Below, piece after piece: positions 20,453 through 30,676 of a DNA stretch of 64,000 nt. The notes beneath the pieces are model-generated. The model saw only the letters and a list, made by a program, of their open reading frames with translations. It made no database searches and was not told the origin of the DNA. The stretch is taken from the NCBI GenBank assembly GCA_964391325.1, contig CAYMJM010000001.1, positions 1,438-65,437 of the forward strand. The letters run 5' to 3'. Origin of the DNA: an uncultured Candidatus Saccharibacteria bacterium. Lineage in GTDB: Bacteria; Patescibacteriota; Dojkabacteria; B142; JAFGMG01. Both the position numbers and the translations under genes were made by a program. The stretch's first letter is position 1. The number at the start of each line of letters is the position of its first letter.

Positions 20453-20647
20453 CAGTCTGTAGGCAGGCTACTTTACTGAAATTATGCCAAAATTTATGTA
20501 ACAATTCTGGACTAATTATTATACAAAGCAGTAAAATTTTTGTCCAACAACAGTATACATTGTCATGCTATGTTTATTAAATCGTTATACTGTTATAATT
20601 GTTAAAATCGCTACTTAGTAGCTTTTTATTTGTTAATTAGCTGTTAT

Positions 20648-21532
20648 ATGAAAGTTGATAAGGCAATAATCACTGCTGCCGGTTTTGGATCCAGATTCCT
20701 CCCTATTACTAAAACCTTTCCTAAAGAATTACTACCTATTGTAGATAAGCCGATAATTCAATATCTAGTCGAAGAGTGTGCAGAAGCGGAAATAGAAGAA
20801 ATTATTATAGTTGCTAATCCTGCTGAAATAACAAAATTTGAAGATTATTTTTATGGAAGATCTATAAATGTTAGAACTTTGATGGCTAGGCAGGGCAAGA
20901 TGGACAGATGGAGTAAAGTGGAGAAAATTTTCACTCTGCCTAAAATAACAGTAGTCCCTCAGGATGAAAGATTGGCCTATGGTAATGGTTCTCCTATTTT
21001 AAGTGTCAAAGATATTGTTAAGGATGAAGACGCTTTTGTAATAATGTTTGGTGACGATATGTTTTTATCCCAAGTGTCAGGGGTGAAGCAACTTGTTGAG
21101 TATTATAATCAGAACGCCTGTGATTTATTGCTGGGTGTTATAGAAGCTCCTAAGACTTTATTAACTCAGGGAGGAGTTATCAAAGTTAAACCTGGCACGA
21201 ATAACCAAATCAGCAGTATAAAAGAGAAACCTTCTTTAGAAGAATTAGAAAGCGATCCTACCTTTACAAACTTATATTCATTCGGAAGATTTATCGCTAC
21301 ACCAAAAATTTTTGATTACTTAACTGCAGAGGCAACAGGTAAAGACAATGAATTATGGCTACAAGATGCTAATAATAAACTTGCACATGAATTCACTGCC
21401 TTGTACCTGAAATTAGATGGTGAGTTTTATACAACAGGTGATCCTTTGTACTATATGAAGGCGCATATTAAATTTATGCTGGCTAATGAAAAGTATGGCG
21501 GGGACTTAAAGAAATTCTTACATAGTCTCTAA
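20648..21532 (+). CDS. galU: UTP--glucose-1-phosphate uridylyltransferase
   Basis: N-terminal nucleotidyltransferase motif KAIITAAGFGSRFLPITKTFPKELLPI; ATG at 20648 preferred over the TTG at 20630 used by the ORF track. Confidence 0.8.
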   Translation: MKVDKAIITAAGFGSRFLPITKTFPKELLPIVDKPIIQYLVEECAEAEIEEIIIVANPAEITKFEDYFYGRSINVRTLMARQGKMDRWSKVEKIFTLPKITVVPQDERLAYGNGSPILSVKDIVKDEDAFVIMFGDDMFLSQVSGVKQLVEYYNQNACDLLLGVIEAPKTLLTQGGVIKVKPGTNNQISSIKEKPSLEELESDPTFTNLYSFGRFIATPKIFDYLTAEATGKDNELWLQDANNKLAHEFTALYLKLDGEFYTTGDPLYYMKAHIKFMLANEKYGGDLKKFLHSL

Positions 21533-22717
21533 ATCTGTAATGATATATTTGAGGATTTTATCGGCAGCATTTAGCTTCACCAGTTTTCGTGCTTCTGTTT
21601 TGGCTTCTTTCCATGTCTTCCTAGGGTTAAAGGATGTGTTGATTAATGTTTGTTCATAAGCAGTCATTATTTCTTGGTAAAGTCCCTGATCAGTGAGGCC
21701 TTCCCTAAACTCAACTATTTTTGCAATTCCAGTTTTGGAAGCAAGCTTCGCATTTTCCAATTGTTCATTATTTGACGACCAGGGTAATGGCATGAAAACT
21801 GTCGGGATGCCTTTAAAAAGTATCTTTTGTACGGTATTTGCGCCTGATCTGGAAAGCACGAGGGTCGTATTGTCAAGGATTCTGCTTAATTTTTCAGGTT
21901 CAATAAAATCAAAAACTTGATACCTTCGTTTGAATTTTGCCGGTAGAGAGACAGCCTCTTTCCGTGCGAGCTCAAGGTCTCTTGTAATACTACTATGCCC
22001 AGTTTGATGAACAATATTAAAAGTTTCTAGGTATTTCTCCAGAATAGATGATCGAAGCCTTTTATTGAATGTGTTTGCACCTTGATTGCCCCCTATGATT
22101 AGTAAGATGGGTAAATTATTAGCAAAAAATTTTTTCGATGCTCTAGCGTTAAGAAACTCTGCTTCCATCGGATTTCCGGTAATTTTTATATGCCTATGTT
22201 TCGAGAAATACTTCCTAGATTGTGCCCAGCTTAGAAACACTTGGTCAGCAAATCTATATGTTGTTCGAGTAGCTAGACCAGGTCTAACGGGCTGTTCATG
22301 CAAATACAATTTGACTCTCAAAAGTTTGATAAGTGGAAACTGTAGGAATATAGGAACATTGAGATATCCGCCGAATCCGATAATTATTTTAGGTTTGTAC
22401 TTCAAGATAATGAAAGCTGCCTGAATAAACCCACCAGGGATTAGAAGTAAGTTGAGTAAAGCTTTCTTCCACGTAGCTCTTGTCCATTTTTTCCATAATT
22501 TCCCGGTTTGAAGGTCTATGAATTTTATTGCCTTTCTATTGATTAGGCTGTATTCAGAGCTATAATTTGTGTCTCCTGTCTGGGAGTACTTCTGTCCTAT
22601 CCAAACTATGTTGTGAAAGCCTTTTTCTTGAAGTTTGTTCAAAACTGCCAGCGCAGGTGTCATGTGTCCACCAATTATTGCAATGCGTATATTTTTATCA
22701 ATAACTTTTGCCCTCAT
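21518..22717 (-). CDS. murG: undecaprenyldiphospho-muramoylpentapeptide beta-N-acetylglucosaminyltransferase (GT28)
   Basis: N-terminal IIGGHMTPALAV motif, C-terminal GGNQGANTFN glycine loop, about 400 aa. Confidence 0.8.
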   Translation of the reverse strand: MRAKVIDKNIRIAIIGGHMTPALAVLNKLQEKGFHNIVWIGQKYSQTGDTNYSSEYSLINRKAIKFIDLQTGKLWKKWTRATWKKALLNLLLIPGGFIQAAFIILKYKPKIIIGFGGYLNVPIFLQFPLIKLLRVKLYLHEQPVRPGLATRTTYRFADQVFLSWAQSRKYFSKHRHIKITGNPMEAEFLNARASKKFFANNLPILLIIGGNQGANTFNKRLRSSILEKYLETFNIVHQTGHSSITRDLELARKEAVSLPAKFKRRYQVFDFIEPEKLSRILDNTTLVLSRSGANTVQKILFKGIPTVFMPLPWSSNNEQLENAKLASKTGIAKIVEFREGLTDQGLYQEIMTAYEQTLINTSFNPRKTWKEAKTEARKLVKLNAADKILKYIITDLETM

Positions 22718-22722
22718 TTAGC

Positions 22723-24105
22723 TCACATTTTAGGTGTTAGTTCTGACTCCTTATTACTGATTTTTGTATCGTAAGCTGCTTTTTCTTCAGGAGTGAGCAA
22801 TCTGGAATCAAATTGCGGTTTAGTTTTCGTTGTGGTGTCTTTTTTCTTAAATAATTTAATTTTTTTCGTTTTAATTAAATAAGCGGTAACTAATCCAATT
22901 CCTGAAAGTATCAATAGTATTGCTATGATTAAAGTAAAGCTGTTTGTGCCATCTTCCTCTTGAGTGTCAGTGGTCGTATTAATGATAGTCAGTCTTTCGG
23001 TTGTGCTTTGCTCTGAAATCCCTGTCGCGATGACCTGAACTATGTTCTCTCCCTCCTGGAGCTCTACTGGTACTGTGAATGAGCCGTCATCAGAAATAGA
23101 AACAGCTTGGGTTAACTTTTCATCATTCAGGTATACAATGATTTCGGAGTCTAAATCATCTATCATACCTTCAATCTCATGTTCGGGCTGATCAACGTCA
23201 TATTCAAGTTCCTCGAATTTTAAAGTCGGACGTATAGAGTAAGTTGAAAATTCGGTTACATCAAAACTGACAGCTGAGGATCCTGTTAAAATAATATTTT
23301 CAACATTCTTTCCCGCTTCTGCATCATCTTTCATAATAGCCGGGGTATAATCACTGCCAAGTGATACAAAATTTAATCCATATAATGTAACTGTTGCTGG
23401 CTTATTAAGCTCTGGCATTAAATCGGTTGCTATTGATACTTCTCCAGGATGATCCATAAACACATATTGGTCCAGTTTATTCAACCTAGTTACTGTTTCG
23501 TTCATGCTTAAATCAATGCTGGTGTTGAAAACGATTTTGGCTATATCTGGAACATGCAACGTAAAGTTTTGTATAGATTTTAACTGATCTTTGGTATACC
23601 CTTGAAGTTTCGTTGTTGTGCTTGTAGGCAAGTAAAACCGAGTTGGTAACTTTATCTCTATCGTTTGTTCATTATCCTCCTTTTGATTTACAGTCTCTTT
23701 TTGTTTGGGTTTAACTCCAAAGTAAACTTCTACTTGCTCTCCAGCTTGTACGGTCTTATTTTTCGTAGCAATTTCTCCGGAGGTGAGTTCATAATTACTT
23801 CCTTCTGTGAGGTTAATTTTGATTGTATATTCACCCGCTTGTAGACCGGAGAAAACTGCTTTTCCTTGCACATCAGTATTTTTAGCTTGATCGTAATTAT
23901 TTGTCTTCAAAGAAATATTAATCCCTTGAATCAGATCTCCCTCTAGTGTTTTCGTATAGACTACTATAGTAGCTTTTTCCTCAATAGTTTCTTCTTCTGC
24001 AAAGACGGAGGCAGGAAATGGGATAGCTAGGGTAAGTAGAAGAAAGCATATTAAAACTTTTTTCATCTCTACAATATTAATAATTTTATTTAATGTGCTA
24101 GTCAA
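22723..24105 (-). CDS. cell-surface protein with carboxypeptidase-regulatory-like beta-sandwich domains and C-terminal membrane anchor
   Basis: Signal peptide (MKKVLICFLLLTLAIPFPASVFA), GxxxFxxLxxGxYT-type repeats, C-terminal TM helix plus charged tail; sits between ftsW and murG. Confidence 0.55.
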   Translation of the reverse strand: MTSTLNKIINIVEMKKVLICFLLLTLAIPFPASVFAEEETIEEKATIVVYTKTLEGDLIQGINISLKTNNYDQAKNTDVQGKAVFSGLQAGEYTIKINLTEGSNYELTSGEIATKNKTVQAGEQVEVYFGVKPKQKETVNQKEDNEQTIEIKLPTRFYLPTSTTTKLQGYTKDQLKSIQNFTLHVPDIAKIVFNTSIDLSMNETVTRLNKLDQYVFMDHPGEVSIATDLMPELNKPATVTLYGLNFVSLGSDYTPAIMKDDAEAGKNVENIILTGSSAVSFDVTEFSTYSIRPTLKFEELEYDVDQPEHEIEGMIDDLDSEIIVYLNDEKLTQAVSISDDGSFTVPVELQEGENIVQVIATGISEQSTTERLTIINTTTDTQEEDGTNSFTLIIAILLILSGIGLVTAYLIKTKKIKLFKKKDTTTKTKPQFDSRLLTPEEKAAYDTKISNKESELTPKM

Positions 24106-25279
24106 GGTTAGCGTATTTGCTTATATTTAACAAGAGACCTAAGCTTGCCAGAAGAACAATCATTGAACTTCCTCCATAGCTTATGAAAGGAAGAGCGATA
24201 CCTGTTAATGGGATGAGGCCAACATTTGCTGCTATGTTTAGGAATGCCTGAAACGATATCCATAATGTAATTCCGGAAGCAAGCAAAGCCCCGAGTTTAT
24301 CCGGGGCGTTTTGGGCTATTTTTAATCCGCGCAAAGATATGTATAAAAAGCAGGCTACTATAGCAGATGCTCCCAGTAAGCCAAGCTCTTCTGCTATAAC
24401 TGCGAATATGGTGTCACTAAAAGCTGTTTCTCCTAAATAATTAAATTTTTGCCTTGACTGTCCAAATCCCTCTCCAAGTATACCGCCAGCTCCGATTGCT
24501 GTTAGCATTTGACTTAGCTGATAGCCACTACCTAGTCTATCTTCCGGTGTGCCTGTTTTTAGGACTGTCAGATAGGTTTTGATACGGTTTATTCTGTAGC
24601 TTTCTAAGAAGGCTGCCAATAGACCAATAAGGGTAGAAGTTAGCATAATAGCGAAAAATCCAATATTGTGTATAAAGCCTTCTCCAGCCATATAGTACAT
24701 ACCTAATGCAACTATACCTATCAGGGCTGTAGTTCCTAAATCAGGCTCAATGAGTATCAGGACCAATATAATGGACAATATTAATAGGAAGGGCAACATC
24801 TCAACTACCAGGTAGTTACGTAAAGGGTTTTTATATTTTATAGCTTTGGTTTTTCTGGATAACCAGCTGGCAAGATATATGATAAGTGCAAGCTTTGTAA
24901 ATTCTGATGGCTGCGGATCAAATAGCGGCAGATCTATCCATCTTTTAGCTCCTCCTATTTCTACACCAGCAAAAAGTACAACTATTAACATTAGTATTGA
25001 AGCTGTAATAAGAATGGGGGCAACTTTGGGAAGTTTGTGGTAATCAAACCGGTACAGAAAGTATCCAGCTATAAGTCCAAGGATAATCCAAATAAATTGT
25101 CTATAGAAATAATACCACGAGTTTCTATCTTGGCTAAAAGCTACAATGACACTGGAGCTATACACCATGATCCATCCAAAAAGCGTAAGGAAACTCACTA
25201 TAATCAATAAATGAAAGTCAGGTTTTCCTGCTGTGCCTATACGAGTTCTTTTTTTGTATGTAGCCTTTCGTCTTCTCAT
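24098..25279 (-). CDS. ftsW: SEDS-family peptidoglycan glycosyltransferase FtsW/RodA
   Basis: 393 aa, 10 TM helices, conserved C-terminal PLTGIALPFISYGGSS block. Confidence 0.85.
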   Translation of the reverse strand: MRRRKATYKKRTRIGTAGKPDFHLLIIVSFLTLFGWIMVYSSSVIVAFSQDRNSWYYFYRQFIWIILGLIAGYFLYRFDYHKLPKVAPILITASILMLIVVLFAGVEIGGAKRWIDLPLFDPQPSEFTKLALIIYLASWLSRKTKAIKYKNPLRNYLVVEMLPFLLILSIILVLILIEPDLGTTALIGIVALGMYYMAGEGFIHNIGFFAIMLTSTLIGLLAAFLESYRINRIKTYLTVLKTGTPEDRLGSGYQLSQMLTAIGAGGILGEGFGQSRQKFNYLGETAFSDTIFAVIAEELGLLGASAIVACFLYISLRGLKIAQNAPDKLGALLASGITLWISFQAFLNIAANVGLIPLTGIALPFISYGGSSMIVLLASLGLLLNISKYANLD

Positions 25280-25308
25280 TAAGAGGCAGTATATAAATAC
25301 ATGACCTA

Positions 25309-25587
25309 TTGTATAATGATAACTGTTATCAGTCTAGTATGGAGGATTCTATGAAGGATATAAAAAAGAATTACAAAGTCACTTTAGATACGCCAATTGC
25401 AGAGCTTGCGGAATTATTCCCTGAAGTCGCAGAGTTCTTAACATTGGAGTATGGATTTCATTGTATAGGTTGTCCTCTATCTTATTTTGAGACTATAGGA
25501 GATGGTGTACAGGTTCATGGTCTTTTAGATACTGAAATTCAAGACCTCTTAAAACAAGTTAATGAAATAATTCAAGAAAGTAATTAA
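25309..25587 (+). CDS. DUF1858 (hybrid-cluster-protein-associated redox disulfide) domain protein
   Basis: 92 aa with FHCIGCP motif and flanking helices typical of DUF1858. Confidence 0.6.
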   Translation: MYNDNCYQSSMEDSMKDIKKNYKVTLDTPIAELAELFPEVAEFLTLEYGFHCIGCPLSYFETIGDGVQVHGLLDTEIQDLLKQVNEIIQESN

Positions 25588-26074
25588 CCTCTATGGCAGC
25601 ATTTTCACGTATCTCGCTATCCAGGCTGTTTTGTTTTTCAAGTTTAGCATTATAGTCATTGATTAGATCTTGAATATTGACTTTTTCAGAAGAAGCTAGA
25701 GCCCTTTCGTACCTTTCCGCACTTTTTATAAGTTCGCGTGATATTGCGATAAAAGACAGATTTTTTTCTTTGAGTGCTTTGTTCATAAATAGCTCTTTTG
25801 TAGTTTCAATCTTGAGTTCCAGTTCTCCAATACTGCTTTCCAAATCAGTATATACTTGATTGCTTCCCTCTTCTAGAGAATCTATTTTCAAGCTGATAGT
25901 TAGGGTTTCTGTATCGGATAAAACTTTGTTTCTTAGCGGTTGTATTTCATTTTCATATTCTACAGGCACTTTTAAGTTGCTAATAAAAAAAACTGTGATA
26001 GTTAAGCAAAGAATAATAGACAAACTGATAGTTATTGTTCGTATGTTTATATTTATTTTTACCAATTTTTTCAT
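25559..26074 (-). CDS. membrane-anchored coiled-coil protein, unknown function
   Basis: N-terminal TM helix followed by heptad-like charged region. Confidence 0.35.
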   Translation of the reverse strand: MKKLVKININIRTITISLSIILCLTITVFFISNLKVPVEYENEIQPLRNKVLSDTETLTISLKIDSLEEGSNQVYTDLESSIGELELKIETTKELFMNKALKEKNLSFIAISRELIKSAERYERALASSEKVNIQDLINDYNAKLEKQNSLDSEIRENAAIEVNYFLELFH

Positions 26075-26130
26075 AAAAGTATTTAGGTGTTAGGTTTAAG
26101 TATAACTACCTACTAACTTGTAGATACATT

Positions 26131-27330
26131 TTAAAAATCTACTTGTTTAAGAAAATCATTACCAAGCTGAATAGCCTCTGGAAGTGACATACCCATGTGT
26201 GACTCAAATAATGTTTCCCAAACTTTAAGATACTCTTCTGGTGCAACACTTTGTTGAAAAGGGCTGAGGGCATCCTGATAGTCTATAATTGCCTGTTTAA
26301 AATTTGTAATGCTTCGATAGAAAAAAGGGTAGGATTTATTTGTGTTATTTTTACTGATACGTGTGTAGTGTGCTAAAAGCGCATTGAAAATAATCGCGGA
26401 GAACAGGTAGCTTCGAGAAATTTGGGCATTTGGGAAATCTACAAATAATGAATTAACATCCATCCATTCCAGCAGAATATTTTTCCTGACGTTTTCATAA
26501 TTAAAGTCTCGAGTACTGGCTAACGGCAGTTCATCTAAGACCATAAGTAAGTCCAGGGGATTTGCTTGTATTTCAAAGGTTTGTGCGATCCCCTCGTCGA
26601 TTATAGGCAATAAACGCGTATCACTTCCCCCTGTTGCTTTCTCCATAGCAAAATGACCTAGTTCATGCTTTATACTACCTACACTTGTGTTATATATTGT
26701 TGCTACATTTTCATCTGCCCTATAATGCCCGCATTCACGAATATTTTTTTGTATTCCTAAATTTGATAGAACTAGTAAAGTCATTCCTGCAAAAATCTGT
26801 GGCTGTCCAGCAGTAAATTTGAGTACTGTTTCTAGAGACTCCCTGACATCTGCACTAAGCAGAAATTCATCGACTTCTTCGAAATTGATTTCAGCTTCCT
26901 GAGGCGGTTGCTTAAATGTAAAAAATTCAAATTCAAAAGGTTTTTTTCGTCGCCCGAGCCTATCAAGTATTGCCTTGGGTTTGAATCTCACAGTTCCAAA
27001 TGAAGGGCTTAGTTTTTGTCCTTTAATTTTATCTACAATGAACGATAAAGCTTCTAAACTCTCTAACCAGGCTTCATCATCTTTAGTCCTTGCTAATTGT
27101 CCCCCATGCTGGTACAGCATCAATGTATTAGCTGCTGTAAATAGAGCTTGAATGCCCTTGCCGTAGACAGCTTTTGCAGAATAAAAATTTCCGTCAGGAT
27201 TAGTCCATTCAGCAATCAGGTCTTCAGCATAATCAACTGGGTTTTGTGCTTCTAATATATTATCTACAAAACCATAAAAATTTTGCCGTACTTGCTGATC
27301 CTCTGGTGGTTGAATTAGTTCTTGTTGCAT
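26131..27330 (-). CDS. hypothetical cytoplasmic protein with HExxH motif (putative zinc metallohydrolase)
   Basis: 399 aa; single HELGH motif (SIKHELGHFAMEK), no signal peptide. Confidence 0.4.
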   Translation of the reverse strand: MQQELIQPPEDQQVRQNFYGFVDNILEAQNPVDYAEDLIAEWTNPDGNFYSAKAVYGKGIQALFTAANTLMLYQHGGQLARTKDDEAWLESLEALSFIVDKIKGQKLSPSFGTVRFKPKAILDRLGRRKKPFEFEFFTFKQPPQEAEINFEEVDEFLLSADVRESLETVLKFTAGQPQIFAGMTLLVLSNLGIQKNIRECGHYRADENVATIYNTSVGSIKHELGHFAMEKATGGSDTRLLPIIDEGIAQTFEIQANPLDLLMVLDELPLASTRDFNYENVRKNILLEWMDVNSLFVDFPNAQISRSYLFSAIIFNALLAHYTRISKNNTNKSYPFFYRSITNFKQAIIDYQDALSPFQQSVAPEEYLKVWETLFESHMGMSLPEAIQLGNDFLKQVDF

Positions 27331-27431
27331 TATTAGCTTTTTGTTAATTCTTTTCTCTAGTATATTTTACTATATGTTACTTGATAAATGGTTTTAATTA
27401 CTACTTAAGTAGCTGTTGCGGAGGCAGGAGT

Positions 27432-28436
27432 TTAGGTATTTACATTCTTTACATTCAAATATTGAGAATCCAAGGGTTGTTTTATCCCTTTCTTTAAAGG
27501 TTGGTGGTGCTTTTTGCTCCGTGGTTTCCTATAGCTTGCAATTGCTACTCCAGCAATTACTATAATCAATGCGATAATCTGTATTAAATAAACATTTTCT
27601 TCTAACCACAATACTCCTAGAGGTATAAATATTAACGGTTGTAAATAATAAAAAAGACTGGCCTCAGAAACTTCTATCAAAGACTGGCCTTTTAAGTATG
27701 CAGTTAAGGCTACCACCGAGCCTAAAGCCCCCATATACACTGCAGCGAAAATTACCTCCCAGTGTTGTAGATCCGATGATATAGACTGTCGAAGCGCCTC
27801 ATATGAGCCAGCTGACAAGGCAGAGATTACGAGAAAGCTGATCATGCCCACAAAGAAACTTATTCCGGCTGCATATAGTTTAGGGACATAGGTGTAAGTC
27901 TTTTTGGCAAGAATAAAATAGGTAGCGCCAGAGATATTGTTCAGTAGAATCAACATACTGCCTAAAAGTGACATTTCCATATTCACCCCGACTTTATTGA
28001 AAAAAGGGATTAAAGTCAGCAAAAGAGTCCCTGTAAATGCAAATACCAGACCTATAGCTTCGTGGCGTTCTTGCTTTTCTTTTAGAAAGATAATTCCACC
28101 CAGTACTGTGAACAAAGGAGAGGTGGTTGCTATTAAGCTAGCTTCTATCGAAGACGTCTGAGAAAGTCCTAGGTATAAAAGACTAAGCGTTAATGTGACA
28201 CCAAGTAACTCAAGGGTGATGATTTTAAATGTTGTGTGTAAATATTTTTTCTTCTGACTAACAAAATAGATGATAATAGGGACAGATAGGACAGATGCCA
28301 CACTAAAGCGGTAAAACAGGAATCTGAAAGGGTCGGTAAACTCATATGAATTTTTAACTATTTGTAGGGAAGCCCCCCAAATGATGGTATTTATCAGAAG
28401 GAGAATGTATGCTTTGGTTCTACTCGATAGGTTCAT
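27432..28436 (-). CDS. EamA/DMT-family transporter
   Basis: 334 aa, 10 TM helices in two EamA-like repeats. Confidence 0.75.
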   Translation of the reverse strand: MNLSSRTKAYILLLINTIIWGASLQIVKNSYEFTDPFRFLFYRFSVASVLSVPIIIYFVSQKKKYLHTTFKIITLELLGVTLTLSLLYLGLSQTSSIEASLIATTSPLFTVLGGIIFLKEKQERHEAIGLVFAFTGTLLLTLIPFFNKVGVNMEMSLLGSMLILLNNISGATYFILAKKTYTYVPKLYAAGISFFVGMISFLVISALSAGSYEALRQSISSDLQHWEVIFAAVYMGALGSVVALTAYLKGQSLIEVSEASLFYYLQPLIFIPLGVLWLEENVYLIQIIALIIVIAGVAIASYRKPRSKKHHQPLKKGIKQPLDSQYLNVKNVNT

Positions 28437-28483
28437 GGGGTTAATATAACTTGAAATTTATATGATGTCCAGCTTCACGTTAA

Positions 28484-28508
28484 AAGGGCGCCGAAGGCGC
28501 CCTTGTTT
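28484..28508. terminator. bidirectional rho-independent terminator hairpin
   Basis: GGGCGCC-GAAG-GCGCCC perfect 7-bp GC stem flanked by A/T runs, immediately 3' of sodA. Confidence 0.55.
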
Positions 28509-28522
28509 ATTCCTGTTGGTCT

Positions 28523-29140
28523 TCAGTTATTTGCTTTAAATAATTCTGCAACTTTTTTCCAATTAACTACATTCCACCAATTTTCGATATACTCAGGTCT
28601 CCTGTTTTGGTACTTCAGATAGTATGCATGCTCCCACACATCCAAACCAAGAATAGGCACATAGTCTTGCATATAAGGAGAATCTTGGTTTGGCGTACTT
28701 GATATCTCCAATTCCCCGTTGTTAAACACCAGCCAGACCCAGCCACTTCCAAATCTTGTAGAGGCAGCACTATTAAATTCCTGTTGAAAATCTTCAAAGC
28801 TCCCGAATTTAGTTTCTATTGCAGCCCGTAATTCTCCTTCAGGTTCTTTCCCTGCTTTTGGAGCCATAATCTCCCAAAATAACATATGATTGGCATGCCC
28901 CCCACCATTATTTATGACCTGTTGGCGGATATCATCCGGTATATTTTGAATATCTCGCAGTATTTCTGTGATATCTACTGTATAATATTCGTTATGGTCT
29001 TCGAGAGCAGCATTAAGCTTATCTATGTATCCTTGATGGTGCTTTGTATGATGAAGCTCCATAGTCTTAGCATCTATGAATGGCTCAAGAGCAGCATATC
29101 CATAAGGAAGATCCGGAAGAGTAAATTTGTCTTCTGTCAT
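28523..29140 (-). CDS. sodA: Fe/Mn superoxide dismutase
   Basis: [22 protein letters not shown]-terminal DVWEHAYY metal-ligand motif; start taken at the internal ATG (29140) rather than the TTG at 29173. Confidence 0.9.
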   Translation of the reverse strand: MTEDKFTLPDLPYGYAALEPFIDAKTMELHHTKHHQGYIDKLNAALEDHNEYYTVDITEILRDIQNIPDDIRQQVINNGGGHANHMLFWEIMAPKAGKEPEGELRAAIETKFGSFEDFQQEFNSAASTRFGSGWVWLVFNNGELEISSTPNQDSPYMQDYVPILGLDVWEHAYYLKYQNRRPEYIENWWNVVNWKKVAELFKANN

Positions 29141-29214
29141 ATAACTTAGATAATATATAAAATATTTTAACAAGAAACTCTAAATTAGAACTATATTAAC
29201 TCCTTTTTATTACA

Positions 29215-29667
29215 ATGAAAAATAGCAGAGTCATTAAAGTCGTCTATTATTACTACTTAAATATTCTTTTGATAATTACAGGAATTGGCACTATTATTAG
29301 TCTGTATATAAGTGAGTTCCAAGACCTTCCCCCATGTGACCTGTGCTGGTATCAAAGGGTATTTTTCTATCCAATCTTTTTTATCACACTTTTTGCATTA
29401 ATTAGAAAAGATCAGAAAGCTTATTATTATCTGCTCCCATTGGCTGTAACTGGGTTGCCAATCTCCATCTATCATCATCTACTGAAAGTTACTACCCTCT
29501 TTCCTAAGGAAACTTTTTTTTGCGGAGAACTTGGATCGTGCAGCGAAATTGACTGGGAACTCATACAAGGAAGTGGAATAACTCTTCCACTGCTTGCAGG
29601 GTTAGGCTTTCTTTCCGTCATTTTGGTTTCGATTCTTGCTATTTATCAAAGTAGACGAAGTAAATAA
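29215..29667 (+). CDS. disulfide bond formation protein B (BdbC-type)
   Basis: 150 aa, 4 TM helices, CDLCWYQR redox pair and second Cys pair in periplasmic loop; closely resembles Bacillus BdbC layout. Confidence 0.75.
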   Translation: MKNSRVIKVVYYYYLNILLIITGIGTIISLYISEFQDLPPCDLCWYQRVFFYPIFFITLFALIRKDQKAYYYLLPLAVTGLPISIYHHLLKVTTLFPKETFFCGELGSCSEIDWELIQGSGITLPLLAGLGFLSVILVSILAIYQSRRSK

Positions 29668-29673
29668 TTTTGC

Positions 29674-29964
29674 CTAACTATTGATAAATCTAACTCTGCC
29701 GCTAGTTTCTAAATCGATGGCTATACGTCTTACTTGCTCAGGAAGTATAGGAGGTTTTAAAGAATATCCAAGTAGCTGCTCGGAATTTTCAGGATTTAAT
29801 AATAGTGATCCTACTATTGTCAGTAAGGCTTCTCTTTTTACTATGTGAAATGCCTCTGCTGTTTTAAGACTTTCTGGGTCATAACCGAAGCTTTCCACAA
29901 CTGGACCTATTGGTTCCTTTGCTTGGGCAGAAGGGTATATTTCAATAGTAAATACATTTGCCAT
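29674..29964 (-). CDS. hypothetical protein
   Basis: 96-aa ORF, no motifs. Confidence 0.3.
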   Translation of the reverse strand: MANVFTIEIYPSAQAKEPIGPVVESFGYDPESLKTAEAFHIVKREALLTIVGSLLLNPENSEQLLGYSLKPPILPEQVRRIAIDLETSGRVRFINS

Positions 29965-30099
29965 AGATCCCTATCTAATAACTACTGGGTTATAACAGAA
30001 ATTTAGATTCAAGTAAAAAGTGAGTTAGATGCATATTAAAATTTTTGTAATAAATAATTATTGCATGTAGAATGCCGAGATAATTATTAAGGAAGTTTT

Positions 30100-30330
30100 A
30101 TGCCAGAAGCAACACCTACTCCAGTACCTCAGGATGAACAGCTTAGGCCATCAGCTTGGGATCCAGATAATCCATGTTATCCATATGAGCCTGGGCCAGA
30201 TGTCCCTGAAGGATCTTTAGAAGCTTCAGGTGTAATGTTTGGAGATGATTTGTATGATGACCCTTATAGAGATAACAGTAATGAAGGCATGGGGCATGTT
30301 GACTGGAGGGGTACGCAAAGTCCGAAATAG
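30100..30330 (+). CDS. small Pro/Asp-rich hypothetical protein
   Basis: 76-aa ORF preceded by AAGGAAG 8 nt upstream of ATG. Confidence 0.3.
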   Translation: MPEATPTPVPQDEQLRPSAWDPDNPCYPYEPGPDVPEGSLEASGVMFGDDLYDDPYRDNSNEGMGHVDWRGTQSPK

Positions 30331-30676
30331 AACTAATAATAAAAGGTCCGAGTACTCGAACCTTTTTGCTATATTAAGTTTACTCTTTTATTCACTTTCC
30401 TTAAATTTATTTATTAGTTTCTCCACAGCCGCTCTTTTCGAATCTGTTGTAGTTGGAGGCACTGTTTCTGTCTCGCTGGTGCTTGCTGCCTCTTCAGGTA
30501 AATCATTTGGTGAATTATCTATAGGGTCTCCTGCTGCAGGAGGTGGTACCTCAGGTGAAGGTATATTCATCCTAATTTTTTAATATATAATGATTACAAC
30601 ATACCATACTAATTTATTAAATAAAAGACTCTTTACATATATATTAATGTGAATTAGGAATTAGCGAGAAGTGTCG

